Assembly: GCA_963810935.1 (NCBI GenBank)
Contig: CAWEPK010000008.1
Span: 480,001-544,000, forward strand
Reading direction: 5' to 3'
Length of the DNA stretch: 64,000 bases
DNA from: an uncultured delta proteobacterium
GTDB lineage: Bacteria > Desulfobacterota > Syntrophorhabdia > Syntrophorhabdales > WCHB1-27
Of the stretch, positions 20,151 through 29,884 are shown in pieces; the stretch's first letter is position 1, and each line of letters begins with the position of its first letter. The notes below the pieces were generated by a model, which did not search any database, had not been told where the DNA came from, and saw only the letters and a list, made by a program, of their open reading frames with translations. The position numbers and the translations under genes are program-made.

Positions 20151-21035
20151 ATGGAAGGGAAAGAACAATACGCTGAAATAAGCATGCTGGATTATTTAAA
20201 GGTGATCTGGAAGCACAGGAAGCTGATCGCCATTATCACCCTTTGCGGAGCGGTGGCAACGGCCGTGGTCTCGCTATTCATGGCGCCCGTCTATGAGTCG
20301 AAGGCCGTGCTCATCCCCGCCGGGGTGCTGTCGAAAGACCAGGGCGCGTCTACGGCCCTTCTTGCCATGCAGTTCGGCATTGCCCCGCCTACCACGCCTG
20401 CCTCGGTGGAGATCGTCAACCTCATGAAGAGCAATATCCTGCGCACGAAGCTCATCCAAAAGTACAACCTTCTTCCGTTTTTCTTCACGAGGAAAGAGAT
20501 GCGGGGCAAGACGACTAACGAGCTCGAATGGAAGGGTCTCCGCTACCTGCAAAAGCATATGGTCGTTACCTTCACCCAGAAGGACAACCTGATAACGCTT
20601 GCCTTTCAGTACGGCGATCCCAATAAAACAGCCGAGATAGTCGGCTATATGCTGAGCGAGCTGAACGACCATATGAGCGGCGAAGCCAAGCGCGTAGCCG
20701 ATATGAACAAGCATTATCTGGAAGCCCAGCTCGATAAAACGGCGGACCCGTTTATCAAGGCCAAGCTTTACGCTCTCATCGCCCAGCAGATAGAAACATC
20801 GGTGATGGCAGAGGTGAAAGAAAATTTCTCGTTCAAGGTGCTCGACCCGCCCCGAGTGCCCGATAAGAAGATCAAGCCAAAGCGGATCTCGATGATACTG
20901 ATTGCCTTTCTTCTCTCTTTGATCGCCGGCGTCTTCGCTGCCTTTGTCTTCGATTACGTCCGAACGATTAGAGAACGGTCAAATATGAAGGATGAACGGG
21001 GAGGTACGTTACGTGAAGCAACATCTGACAATTAG
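20151..21035 (+). CDS. Wzz/GumC-type polysaccharide co-polymerase
   Basis: EISMLDYLKVIW N-terminus, two TM helices, VLDPPRVPDKKIKPKR motif, no kinase domain. Confidence 0.85.
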   Translation: MEGKEQYAEISMLDYLKVIWKHRKLIAIITLCGAVATAVVSLFMAPVYESKAVLIPAGVLSKDQGASTALLAMQFGIAPPTTPASVEIVNLMKSNILRTKLIQKYNLLPFFFTRKEMRGKTTNELEWKGLRYLQKHMVVTFTQKDNLITLAFQYGDPNKTAEIVGYMLSELNDHMSGEAKRVADMNKHYLEAQLDKTADPFIKAKLYALIAQQIETSVMAEVKENFSFKVLDPPRVPDKKIKPKRISMILIAFLLSLIAGVFAAFVFDYVRTIRERSNMKDERGGTLREATSDN

Positions 21036-24000
21036 AAATCTCGCAATAGCGGCTATTTTCCTGACTGCGGCCGCAGGTTACGGATATGGACAAGCGCCGG
21101 GAGGTGCAGGCGGTTTTGCCCTTGCACCGCAGGGGCCGCCGATGACGGCGCCCGGAACAACGGTTGTCGGGCCGCAGGCGGCGGGCCCCTTCGCGCCGCA
21201 GGTCCTGACATTTCCCGGAGCGCAAGGAAGCCAGGCGTTGCAGCAGATGACGCCCGCCCAGAGGAGCGCAGCCGAGGCTGAGCTTGCAAGAACGGGCGGC
21301 CAGTTGACGCCCCAGGCGATAGATGCCTTAAGGGCCCGCCCGGACTTTAAAAACCTGAGCCCCGATGAGATTGTGAAAGGGAAGGAGCTGCTCGACAAAA
21401 AAGAAAACGAACCGGAAAAGAAAGAGGCGCTGGAAAAAGAAAAGACAGTCATCGGACAACAGCGGAAGATATCCTCCCTCTTCGACCGATACAGGATGCG
21501 GGGCAAATACCAGGAAATCTCTACAGACCTGCGGCCCTTCGGCTACGATTTCTTTGCCGGTGCGGGCGTATCGATCGCAACCGACAGGAAGGACGTACCG
21601 GTACCTTCTAAATATGTCGTAGGCCCTGGCGACGAAGTGAAGATTCTCATGTGGGGCAGGGTAAACGGCCAGTATAATCTCACAATCGACCGTAACGGCA
21701 ACATCACGCTTCCCCAGGTCGGTCCCCTTCACATAGCAGGCTTGAGCTTCGAGCAGATGGCGTCCTATCTCATCAAGCAGTCGGAACAGATCGTCGGCGC
21801 CAATATCGACATCACCATGGGCGCGCTCAAGACCATCCCCATTTTCGTGCTTGGGGACGTTGCAAGGCCCGGGGCTTACACGATCGGCTCTTTCGCCACC
21901 ATCACGGACGCCCTGATCATAGCCGGCGGACCATCAAACATAGGCTCGATGCGTAAAGTGCAGCTTCGCAGGAAGGATAAACTCATCACGACCTTCGACC
22001 TGTACGACCTGCTCATTAGGGGCGATAAATCGAAAGACATTATGCTGGAAGCGGGCGACGTAATCTTCGCCCCCGTGGTGGAATGCGTTGTCGGGGTGGC
22101 CGGAAACGTGAGAAGGCCGGCCATTTACGAGCTGAAAGATAAGAAGGACCTCCACAATCTTTTTGACCTTGCCGGCGGTATCATACCTACCGCCTACACG
22201 CAGCAGATCCAGGTGGAGAGGGTCGTGAAGAACGAGAGGGAGATCGTCGTTGACATCGACGATATGAACCTTACGAAGTCGCGCTCCACTCAGCTTCAGG
22301 ACGGCGATCTGGTCAAGGTCTTCAACATCGTGGAGAAAGACGTCAATGCCGTGATCATCAACGGGAACGTCAAAAGACCCGGCAAGTATGAGTACAGGCA
22401 GGGCATGAGGCTGAAGGACCTTTTGAAGTCGCCCGCCGACCTCCTGCCCGATACACATCTCGAGTACGGCCTTATCAAGAGGATGGCGCCGCCGGAGCTT
22501 AAGACCGAGCTTATCCCCTTCAGTCCGAAAAAGCTGCTCATCGACAATGACGGGCCGAGCAACATCGCGCTGATGCCGCTCGACCAGGTCTTTGTCTTCT
22601 CGAAGTGGTTCTTCAGGGACAGGCCCTTTGTCCGGGTTGAAGGAGAAGTAAGGAAGGCCGTGAGAAGGACCTTTCTCGATTTTACTGACGCCGATCAGGA
22701 ATACAAGCGGGCCTTCACGGGTGATTTCCCCAGCAGGATAAGGGGAGAAGCGCAGCCCGGAAGCGCGGGCGGCGAGGATGCAGGCTGGGTGCGGGACGTC
22801 AGGACTGAAGAGTCGGAGAGGGCAAGACCCGATTACGCGGAGAAGGGAGAGCCGCTCCCGGATAGGATAAAGGCCGACCTTGCGCAGAAGGGAGAGCTTC
22901 AGCCGGCAAGGACGCGGCCCGAATCCTCGCAAAAGGGGGAGCCGCCGGTGGAAGCAGCCAGACCCGGGATCAGGATCGACCTTACGGAAAAGATGACGAT
23001 CAGGGACGCCGTTACCGCTGCGGGCGGGCTTACGCGGGACGCATACCTGGCGGAGGCCGAGCTTTACCGGACCGACTGGTCGACGAAGCAGGTCACGCTC
23101 CTCAGGTTTAACGTAACGAAGGCGCTGGAAGGCGAGCCTGGGTCGAACCTGACACTCAAAGACCTCGACAGGATCGTTATCCACTCGCAGGCAGGGTATG
23201 CATACAAGAAGACGGTTTCCGTCGACGGAGCCATATTGAAGCCCGGCGTTTACCCTTACGCGGAAAAGATGACGGTTAAAGACCTCATATTTGCTTCGGG
23301 CAACGTGCTCGAATCTGCTTACCTCGCCGGCGCGGAAGTCTCTTCCCAGATCATCGTAGACGATAAACTTGTGAAGATCGAGCACAGGACGATCAACCTC
23401 AGAAAGGCACTGGAAGGGTCGCCCGAGGACAATATATTCCTTAGACCGTATGACAGGCTTTCGGTCAAGGCACTGTCGAACTGGGGCAAGGAAAGATTTG
23501 CCACGGTCACGGGTGAGGTCAGGTTCCCCGGCGCTTACGTACTCAGGGACGGCGAGAAGCTCTCCGACCTAATCGAGCGGGCGGGCGGTTATAAAGAGAC
23601 CGCTTATCTGCGCGGGTCAGTCTTTGTAAGGCAGAGCGTGAAGGAACTCCAGCAGAAGAACATGGAGGAGATGATCACGAGGATGGAGAGGGAGCTTTTG
23701 GCTGAAAGCTCGACGATAAACACCAGTTCGCCGGAAACCGTTCAAACGAAACAAATAGAACTCCAGCAGAAACAAGCCTTCATAGAATCCCTCAGGAGGC
23801 TGAAGGCGACCGGCAGGATGACCGTGAGGGTTGCCAACCTGCGGCTGCTGCGAGGAAGCGATTTTGATATCCCCCTGGAGAACGGCGACAGCCTTTTCAT
23901 ACCCATAGACAACAAGGTTGTAAACGTTATGGGCGCCGTAATGGCCAATGCCAGTCTTATCTACGCAGACAGGATTGCCCCCAAGGACTACATAAAGATG

Positions 24001-24285
24001 GCCGGCGGCTATTCACGCTATGCCGACTTGAAGCACACATACGTGCTCAAGGTCGACGGAAGCGCAACGAAACTATCCAGCGGTATGATTAACTGGAATG
24101 ACTCCAGGGACAGGTGGGAGATGGCGGGCTTCGGCACGGACGAAAGACCTGTTGAATCGGGCGATACCATAGTGGTGCCGGAGAAGCTAGAGCGCATAGC
24201 GTGGCTTCGCGAGATAAAGGACATCACGCAGATCCTTGCCCAGCTCGCAACCGCCACCGGGATTGTGTACCTGATCACAAAGTAG
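21013..24285 (+). CDS. Large polysaccharide export protein with multiple SLBB domains (Wza/KpsD/OtnA-like)
   Basis: PFGYDFF, YVVGPGDE, repeated V.G.V..PG.Y SLBB units and GDTIVVP. GTG start with GGAGG RBS. Confidence 0.9.
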   Translation: MKQHLTIRNLAIAAIFLTAAAGYGYGQAPGGAGGFALAPQGPPMTAPGTTVVGPQAAGPFAPQVLTFPGAQGSQALQQMTPAQRSAAEAELARTGGQLTPQAIDALRARPDFKNLSPDEIVKGKELLDKKENEPEKKEALEKEKTVIGQQRKISSLFDRYRMRGKYQEISTDLRPFGYDFFAGAGVSIATDRKDVPVPSKYVVGPGDEVKILMWGRVNGQYNLTIDRNGNITLPQVGPLHIAGLSFEQMASYLIKQSEQIVGANIDITMGALKTIPIFVLGDVARPGAYTIGSFATITDALIIAGGPSNIGSMRKVQLRRKDKLITTFDLYDLLIRGDKSKDIMLEAGDVIFAPVVECVVGVAGNVRRPAIYELKDKKDLHNLFDLAGGIIPTAYTQQIQVERVVKNEREIVVDIDDMNLTKSRSTQLQDGDLVKVFNIVEKDVNAVIINGNVKRPGKYEYRQGMRLKDLLKSPADLLPDTHLEYGLIKRMAPPELKTELIPFSPKKLLIDNDGPSNIALMPLDQVFVFSKWFFRDRPFVRVEGEVRKAVRRTFLDFTDADQEYKRAFTGDFPSRIRGEAQPGSAGGEDAGWVRDVRTEESERARPDYAEKGEPLPDRIKADLAQKGELQPARTRPESSQKGEPPVEAARPGIRIDLTEKMTIRDAVTAAGGLTRDAYLAEAELYRTDWSTKQVTLLRFNVTKALEGEPGSNLTLKDLDRIVIHSQAGYAYKKTVSVDGAILKPGVYPYAEKMTVKDLIFASGNVLESAYLAGAEVSSQIIVDDKLVKIEHRTINLRKALEGSPEDNIFLRPYDRLSVKALSNWGKERFATVTGEVRFPGAYVLRDGEKLSDLIERAGGYKETAYLRGSVFVRQSVKELQQKNMEEMITRMERELLAESSTINTSSPETVQTKQIELQQKQAFIESLRRLKATGRMTVRVANLRLLRGSDFDIPLENGDSLFIPIDNKVVNVMGAVMANASLIYADRIAPKDYIKMAGGYSRYADLKHTYVLKVDGSATKLSSGMINWNDSRDRWEMAGFGTDERPVESGDTIVVPEKLERIAWLREIKDITQILAQLATATGIVYLITK
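22825..22960 (+). repeat. Three degenerate 45-nt (15-aa) tandem repeats inside the SLBB protein
   Basis: RPDYAEKGEPLPDRI / KADLAQKGELQPART / RPESSQKGEPPVEAA, with cores at 22837, 22882 and 22927. Confidence 0.7.
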
Positions 24286-24335
24286 GAGGAAGATAAGAAA
24301 ACTGTTCCCCGGCAATGATGATTAGAGAATAGAAT

Positions 24336-26468
24336 TTGTTGTGTAATCCACGCCGCGGTCAACTCTGCCCGGCCGTACCGTTTTCCTTCCGTCTTATCCG
24401 CAATTTCCCGTTTCGTCTTGCAGCCCTCTCGCTCTTTCTGCTGTTCATCCATTACTCATCGTTCGTAACGGTCGCCTTCGGCGGCGACGACCCCTTCATC
24501 GGCCCTTCGAACTGGGGGGCGACGGGACTCATGGAAATCCCGACGGCGAGGGTATTGAATGAAAACACCTTCCGCGTGGGGGCCGGCCAAGTTTATCCCT
24601 ATCGATATTATTACGGGGCGATGAGCATCTTAAAGGGACTGGAAGTCGACGGAAAGATAACGGAGGTTATAGGGGTCAAGGCGTTGTCCTCAAACTACGG
24701 AGACGAGAAAGACAAGTCAATCGATCTCAAATACCAATTCCTGCCCGAAGGAAAGTTATTCCCGGCCGTTGCCCTGGGCATAAGGGACCCGACAGGAAAC
24801 CGCCTTTATACGGGCCAGTATATAGTCGCAAGCAAACAGATTTATCCCTTCGATTTCACCCTTGGCTTCGGAGACGGCCGCTTCGGGAAACAGCCGCTTA
24901 TAGTGAACTCCACTAACGGGTTAGGGGCGGAGATATTCAACCATCCGAAACAATGGGCAACGCAATCGCAGCCTTTCTGGGGCATCCAGTTCTCCCCGTC
25001 GGAGAAGTATTCCCTGATGATGGAGTATAACCCGACCAGATACAACCGTCAGACGCCCGACCCAGCGCAGCCGAAATATTTTATGCGGCCGGCCCCCCTC
25101 CAGTACGATTTCGGCGTTCGCTGGCGGCCGTTCTCCTGGACCGAGATTGATCTGAGCTACCAGCGGGGAAACGAGATAGGACTCAACGTCTCATTCGCGT
25201 TCGACATCGGGCAGCCCCTCATCCCCATTTACAACAAGCCATATAAGGAAAAGCCTCAACCCATAGCCCTTAATCCGGAGGACAGGATGGCCCTCGCCCT
25301 GAAGACGCAGGGCTTCAGCGACATCGGCATCGACCTGACCGGCGAAACGCTGACGATAAGGGCCCAAAACGACAAGTATTTCTACTCCATGACGGCAGTG
25401 GGGATGATCATGAAGACCATCACGCCCATGCTGCCCGCTTCCACCGGCAAAGTACGCATAGTCCTTACCAGGATCGGCATACCCGTGTTCGAGCTGACAA
25501 CCTCGCGGGAAGATATCATAGACCTTTATGCAAACCGCCTTACTAAGGGAGAATTCTTCTACCTGTCGAAAATAAACACCGACCTCAAAGAGGCGCCGGA
25601 CATACCGACAAAGGACAAGAAATTTTTCATCCCCGGATGGAAGCCGTCATTCGAGACCCTCCTTAACGACCCGTCGGGGTACTTCAAATACAGGCTGGGC
25701 CTCGAGGGCTGGGTGGCTTGTAACCCATGGCAGGGCGCTTCTCTGGTCGGCGCGCTATCCACCTACCCTATAAACAATATCTCGACGTCGAACATACCTC
25801 CCGCCGAAGCGGTGAGAAGCGATATTTTCGCGTACAAGAAAGAAAACGTTAACCTGGCCAGATTGATGTACGACCAGGTCTACAAGCCGACGGAGAGTAT
25901 ATATACGCGGTTCGCCGCGGGCCTTCTGGAGGTAGAGTACGCGGGCCTTGACGCGGAGTTGGCAACACCACTGGCCGATGGAAGGTTCCTCGTGGGTTTG
26001 CAGGCTTCCATTGTCAAGAAGAGGGACCCCGGCAACTTCTTCGACATGAAGAAATACGCCGTGAAAGATTATTATGACGTGGAATTCCTCAACACACGCC
26101 TTAATATACCTGAACAGAACATGGCGATAGATTTGAAAACGGGCAGGTTCCTCGGCGGCGATTTCGGGACGCGCATCACGGTGATGAAGTTCGTAAAGGG
26201 AGTAACGTTGTATGCCTGGTACGGCGTCACGAATACATCGGTCTTCCATGACCCGAGCAACGTGGGCTACCGTGACAAAGGCATCGGCATCTCCATCCCT
26301 ATCCGGCTCTTCGACGGGACCGATTCAAGAACTTCTTACGATTACGCGGTTACGCCGTGGACCAGGGATGTGGCGCAAGACCTGGACCGTTACCAGAACC
26401 TCTTCGATGTCATAAGCCGGGATTCGAAGGTCTTTCTGGATCGGGAGAAAGGGATGGTAGACTGGTGA
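24336..26468 (+). CDS. yjbH: YjbH/GfcD-family outer-membrane protein
   Basis: GATGLMEIPTARV, DKSIDLKYQ, GRFLGGDFG and DKGIGISIP motifs. Start codon uncertain. Confidence 0.82.
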   Translation: MLCNPRRGQLCPAVPFSFRLIRNFPFRLAALSLFLLFIHYSSFVTVAFGGDDPFIGPSNWGATGLMEIPTARVLNENTFRVGAGQVYPYRYYYGAMSILKGLEVDGKITEVIGVKALSSNYGDEKDKSIDLKYQFLPEGKLFPAVALGIRDPTGNRLYTGQYIVASKQIYPFDFTLGFGDGRFGKQPLIVNSTNGLGAEIFNHPKQWATQSQPFWGIQFSPSEKYSLMMEYNPTRYNRQTPDPAQPKYFMRPAPLQYDFGVRWRPFSWTEIDLSYQRGNEIGLNVSFAFDIGQPLIPIYNKPYKEKPQPIALNPEDRMALALKTQGFSDIGIDLTGETLTIRAQNDKYFYSMTAVGMIMKTITPMLPASTGKVRIVLTRIGIPVFELTTSREDIIDLYANRLTKGEFFYLSKINTDLKEAPDIPTKDKKFFIPGWKPSFETLLNDPSGYFKYRLGLEGWVACNPWQGASLVGALSTYPINNISTSNIPPAEAVRSDIFAYKKENVNLARLMYDQVYKPTESIYTRFAAGLLEVEYAGLDAELATPLADGRFLVGLQASIVKKRDPGNFFDMKKYAVKDYYDVEFLNTRLNIPEQNMAIDLKTGRFLGGDFGTRITVMKFVKGVTLYAWYGVTNTSVFHDPSNVGYRDKGIGISIPIRLFDGTDSRTSYDYAVTPWTRDVAQDLDRYQNLFDVISRDSKVFLDREKGMVDW

Positions 26469-27001
26469 TGACAGAAAGATTTTCCAACATTTTCAGACAT
26501 GAGAAGGTCCGCGGAAGAAAAGCTGCCCTGTTCTGCGCTATTTTCGCCTGCCTGCTTTTCCTATGGCCCCTTCCCTCCCCGGCTTCCGCCAGTGAGACCG
26601 ACCGCGTCCTCGAGTCCGCCGAATCGGCGTTTAAGGCAATGAAGCAGCGAGACTATCCGGCAATATGGACGAACCTTAGCGAGAAATCGAGGAGGACCAT
26701 AGCCGGGGATGTTCACAAGGCCATGAGGAACGAGGACCGGGCGAGATACTCCCTGGAGGTGATAAAACAAGACTTCGACACGGGCGGTCCCGTCTCAAAA
26801 GAGTACTGGGAAGCTTTCCTTCAGAATTTCAATCCCGATGACGTGCTGGAGCAAAGCACATGGGAGATAGACTACGTAAAGAAAGAGACGGCTGAGATAT
26901 CTATTTTGTATAAGAAGTCCGAAAGCCCGGCCAGATTAAGGATGTACAAAGAGGACGGACGATGGAAGACCGGACTGGTTGAGACTTTTTGGGGCAGGTA
27001 A
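26468..27001 (+). CDS. Hypothetical exported protein
   Basis: ATG overlaps the yjbH stop (TGATG); signal-peptide-like segment. Confidence 0.7.
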   Translation: MTERFSNIFRHEKVRGRKAALFCAIFACLLFLWPLPSPASASETDRVLESAESAFKAMKQRDYPAIWTNLSEKSRRTIAGDVHKAMRNEDRARYSLEVIKQDFDTGGPVSKEYWEAFLQNFNPDDVLEQSTWEIDYVKKETAEISILYKKSESPARLRMYKEDGRWKTGLVETFWGR

Positions 27002-27210
27002 TAGACTCAAGGAACAAAGCGGCCGCGGTCGATGGATCGACAGGCACAGGCGTTGCGCGCCGCTTTATCGCGCCCGCCGATGATAAGGTTAGGGGGAGAC
27101 AGGCAATAACAGTCATTTATTGACCTACTCGCCCTTCGTCGCTTTCGACAATTCCGTCCGTGGCCGCCAAACGGCTGTCCCAGACGGAATTCTTTTTTAG
27201 GAGGTGCAGC

Positions 27211-27276
27211 ATGACAGTGTCGGTTCTGGATGGTAAGAAGATTTTGATCGTAGATGTCGAGCCTGATGTGCTGACA
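27211..27276 (+). pseudogene. 5' remnant of a response-regulator receiver gene
   Basis: AGGAGG RBS then MTVSVLDGKKILIVDVEPDVL (receiver beta1 motif), after which similarity is lost. Confidence 0.55.
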
Positions 27277-27371
27277 CGGGCGGCGACCCCCTTTCCGGGG
27301 GGGCGCTCACCGCGAACGGAGCGGCAACCCTTAACGGCACGCTCGCCGTGCGTTCGGCCGATTTCGACGGT

Positions 27372-28232
27372 TCAACTACAGCCTGCTTTCTCCAATAGAT
27401 CAAGGACAAGACCTTTCGCAGCTTGCGTCTTGTAGGGGGCAGACGGTCTGTCCAGGATGCTTCTCACCACGGCCGCCGACGCGGCTTCGGCTATAGCCAG
27501 CCATTGATCGCGGACCGGTCCCTCTGCCTCAATAAGGCGTTCCGCCTCCGGGACCCGGAGAGGCGCCGCTGCAACGGCACCGAGTACGAGCCTGGCCTCG
27601 GTCCGGCCCTCGCGGTTTAGTGTGACGACAAGGGCGGCGCTGATGCGGGCAATGGCGAGTGCGTTCCGCCTGCCCAGCTTTGCAAATGCCGCCATTAATA
27701 TCTTGTCCTTCTTCGGTACGCATATTTCGGTTACAATCTCGCCGGAACCAAGGGAAGCGGGCCGGTTTTCGAGGAACCCGGCAACAGACAGCTCTCTCCG
27801 CCCCCTCGCGCTTTCCAATACCAGGATGGCGTCGTGGGCGACGAGGGCAGGCAATGAGTCACCCGCGGCGGACGCCGTTACGATGTTCCCGCCGATGGTG
27901 GCCGTCGACCTTATCTGCGGGGAACCGACCTCGGAGGCCGCCTGAGCCAGGGCGGGAGCATAACGCAGGACCGCATCGGCGTCCTCAAACTCCGCAAAGG
28001 GGAGGGCGGCGCCGAGCCGCAGACGGCTGCCGTTAGCGTCAAACACGTGTAGCTCGGCAATCCTCGATATATCGATGATTGCAGCAGGGTTTTTCTGCCC
28101 CCTCTTCATCTCGACGACGAGGTCAGTGCCACCGGCCAGAAGTGCCCCGCGGTCCGCCCATCGGGCGGCCAGCTCCATGGCGGCCTCAAGCGTTTCGGGC
28201 CGGTAATATTCGAGGTCTCCGTACATCGACAC
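27372..28232 (-). CDS. Xanthine dehydrogenase family FAD-binding subunit
   Basis: LAGGTDL, VGSPQIRSTATIGGN and KLGRRNALAIA motifs. No 4Fe-4S insertion. Confidence 0.92.
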   Translation of the reverse strand: MSMYGDLEYYRPETLEAAMELAARWADRGALLAGGTDLVVEMKRGQKNPAAIIDISRIAELHVFDANGSRLRLGAALPFAEFEDADAVLRYAPALAQAASEVGSPQIRSTATIGGNIVTASAAGDSLPALVAHDAILVLESARGRRELSVAGFLENRPASLGSGEIVTEICVPKKDKILMAAFAKLGRRNALAIARISAALVVTLNREGRTEARLVLGAVAAAPLRVPEAERLIEAEGPVRDQWLAIAEAASAAVVRSILDRPSAPYKTQAAKGLVLDLLEKAGCS

Positions 28233-28250
28233 CCTTAACCCCTTATCTTT

Positions 28251-29642
28251 TTAGCCAAAATACTTCTTTACGTCCACGGCCTTCACGAACTCCTCAGGCG
28301 GCTGAGCTTTGACGGAGTAAGGCCTGTCCAGGGGTCGCGTCGCGTCGATGATCATACCTGCGCCGCGTATCTCGTGCTCCAGGGACGGGTCGAGCACCTG
28401 CCCCTGCATCCCCTTCAATATGTTGACGTCTCTATCGGCCTGCACCCGGGTCGCCACGGCCCAGCCGACCTGCCTAAGGTTACCGGGGTCGATGTCGTCA
28501 TCAACCACGGTAATGTGCTTCAGAAAATTGCTCTGGGCAAAGGCATTCATAGCGGCCCTTACGGGTTCTCCTTCGGATTTTTTCTGCATGGCGATCACCA
28601 TGCTCAAGGGGCTGCCCGCGTCGACCCAGCTTATGTCCTTGATATTAGGCATCGTGGTCTTCAGGTTGGCGAAGATATCCGCCTGGATGGAAAAGTGGGC
28701 GTTCAGGTTGTCCATGTGGGCTCCGAACACGCCTATCATGATGCCGTCTCTGCGCGCGGTGATCGCCTTTACCTCAAGGAGCCATGAAAGTCGCTGCGGG
28801 CCCTCGTATCCCGTGAACTCCCCGAAGGGTCCCTCGATGGTCCGCTTGTCCGCCACAATCTCGCCCTCCAGGACTATCTCCGCATCCGCCGGCAGGAGCA
28901 GCTCGTCTCCCAACGTCTCCGACCCGACAACGCGCACTCCTTCACCCATGACGCCACCGGCTGTGCGGTACTCGTCCTGGTCCATCTTGGTCAGGCCGGC
29001 GCCGACGAGGTAGAAGGCAGGGTGGTAGCCCAGCACAAGTGCAACGGGCAGGGACCTGCCGAGCTGTTCTGCCTCCATGAAATAGCTCCAGAGATGTCGC
29101 GGCGACATCCATATGCCAATGTGCGTCTCGTCGATTACCATGCACCGATTCCACGATACGTTGTACCTGCCGGTGCTTGGATGGCGCGATATGATGATCG
29201 GAGAGAGATAGGGACCCCCGTCCATCTCGTTGACGCGGGGGACCGGCAGGCGACGTAAATCTACCTGGTTTCCCGTCAGGACGACCTCTTTAACAGGCGC
29301 CCCGGCGTTCGGGACTCTTACCGTATCGATAGGAGACGCCTGCCCCATGTTATACTGCTCCATGACGCGGCGGCGCGGAGCTTCGCTTTTCATGCCGAGG
29401 GCCACGGCGACCTTGGGAACCGTGGCGAAAGCGTTCATGACAAGCCCGAAGGGCGACTGGCCGCCCGCGAGGTCTATGGTATTCTGGAAATAGACGGTCG
29501 GGAACTTGTTCTCCCGCTCGTAATGCTCTAGCAACGCCGAACAGTCGAACTTCGACGGGTCCACCTTTTCCTTCGTCCGAAGGAACTCGCCCGGCAAATG
29601 TTGCTCCATATCCGCAATCCATGTGCGAAGGTCATTGCTCAT
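28251..29642 (-). CDS. UbiD family prFMN-dependent (de)carboxylase
   Basis: DGGPY, EGPFGEFTGY, VVDDDID, WAVATRVQADRD, LDPS and IIDATRP motifs. Confidence 0.93.
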   Translation of the reverse strand: MSNDLRTWIADMEQHLPGEFLRTKEKVDPSKFDCSALLEHYERENKFPTVYFQNTIDLAGGQSPFGLVMNAFATVPKVAVALGMKSEAPRRRVMEQYNMGQASPIDTVRVPNAGAPVKEVVLTGNQVDLRRLPVPRVNEMDGGPYLSPIIISRHPSTGRYNVSWNRCMVIDETHIGIWMSPRHLWSYFMEAEQLGRSLPVALVLGYHPAFYLVGAGLTKMDQDEYRTAGGVMGEGVRVVGSETLGDELLLPADAEIVLEGEIVADKRTIEGPFGEFTGYEGPQRLSWLLEVKAITARRDGIMIGVFGAHMDNLNAHFSIQADIFANLKTTMPNIKDISWVDAGSPLSMVIAMQKKSEGEPVRAAMNAFAQSNFLKHITVVDDDIDPGNLRQVGWAVATRVQADRDVNILKGMQGQVLDPSLEHEIRGAGMIIDATRPLDRPYSVKAQPPEEFVKAVDVKKYFG

Positions 29643-29650
29643 GTCCCACC

Positions 29651-29884
29651 TCAGCTCTTTTTCTTCGGTATATAGAGGATCTCAGGTATCGTCTTTTCGT
29701 TGAGCGGTTTTTTGATCCTTGTCAGAGCCGACGCCGCCGTGCCGCCCATCTGCTCCGCGTAGACGTCGTACCCGAAATACGCGTCGCATCCCGGACAATG
29801 GAGCGGCATCTTATTCTCGAAAAGGATCGTTTCCGCGTAGAAGCGTTTTTCGCAATAGGGGCACTTGATAAACAGGACTTTCAT
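29651..29884 (-). CDS. Small zinc-ribbon protein
   Basis: 77 aa with CPYC...CPGC. ATG overlaps the upstream stop; GGAGG RBS. Confidence 0.75.
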   Translation of the reverse strand: MKVLFIKCPYCEKRFYAETILFENKMPLHCPGCDAYFGYDVYAEQMGGTAASALTRIKKPLNEKTIPEILYIPKKKS

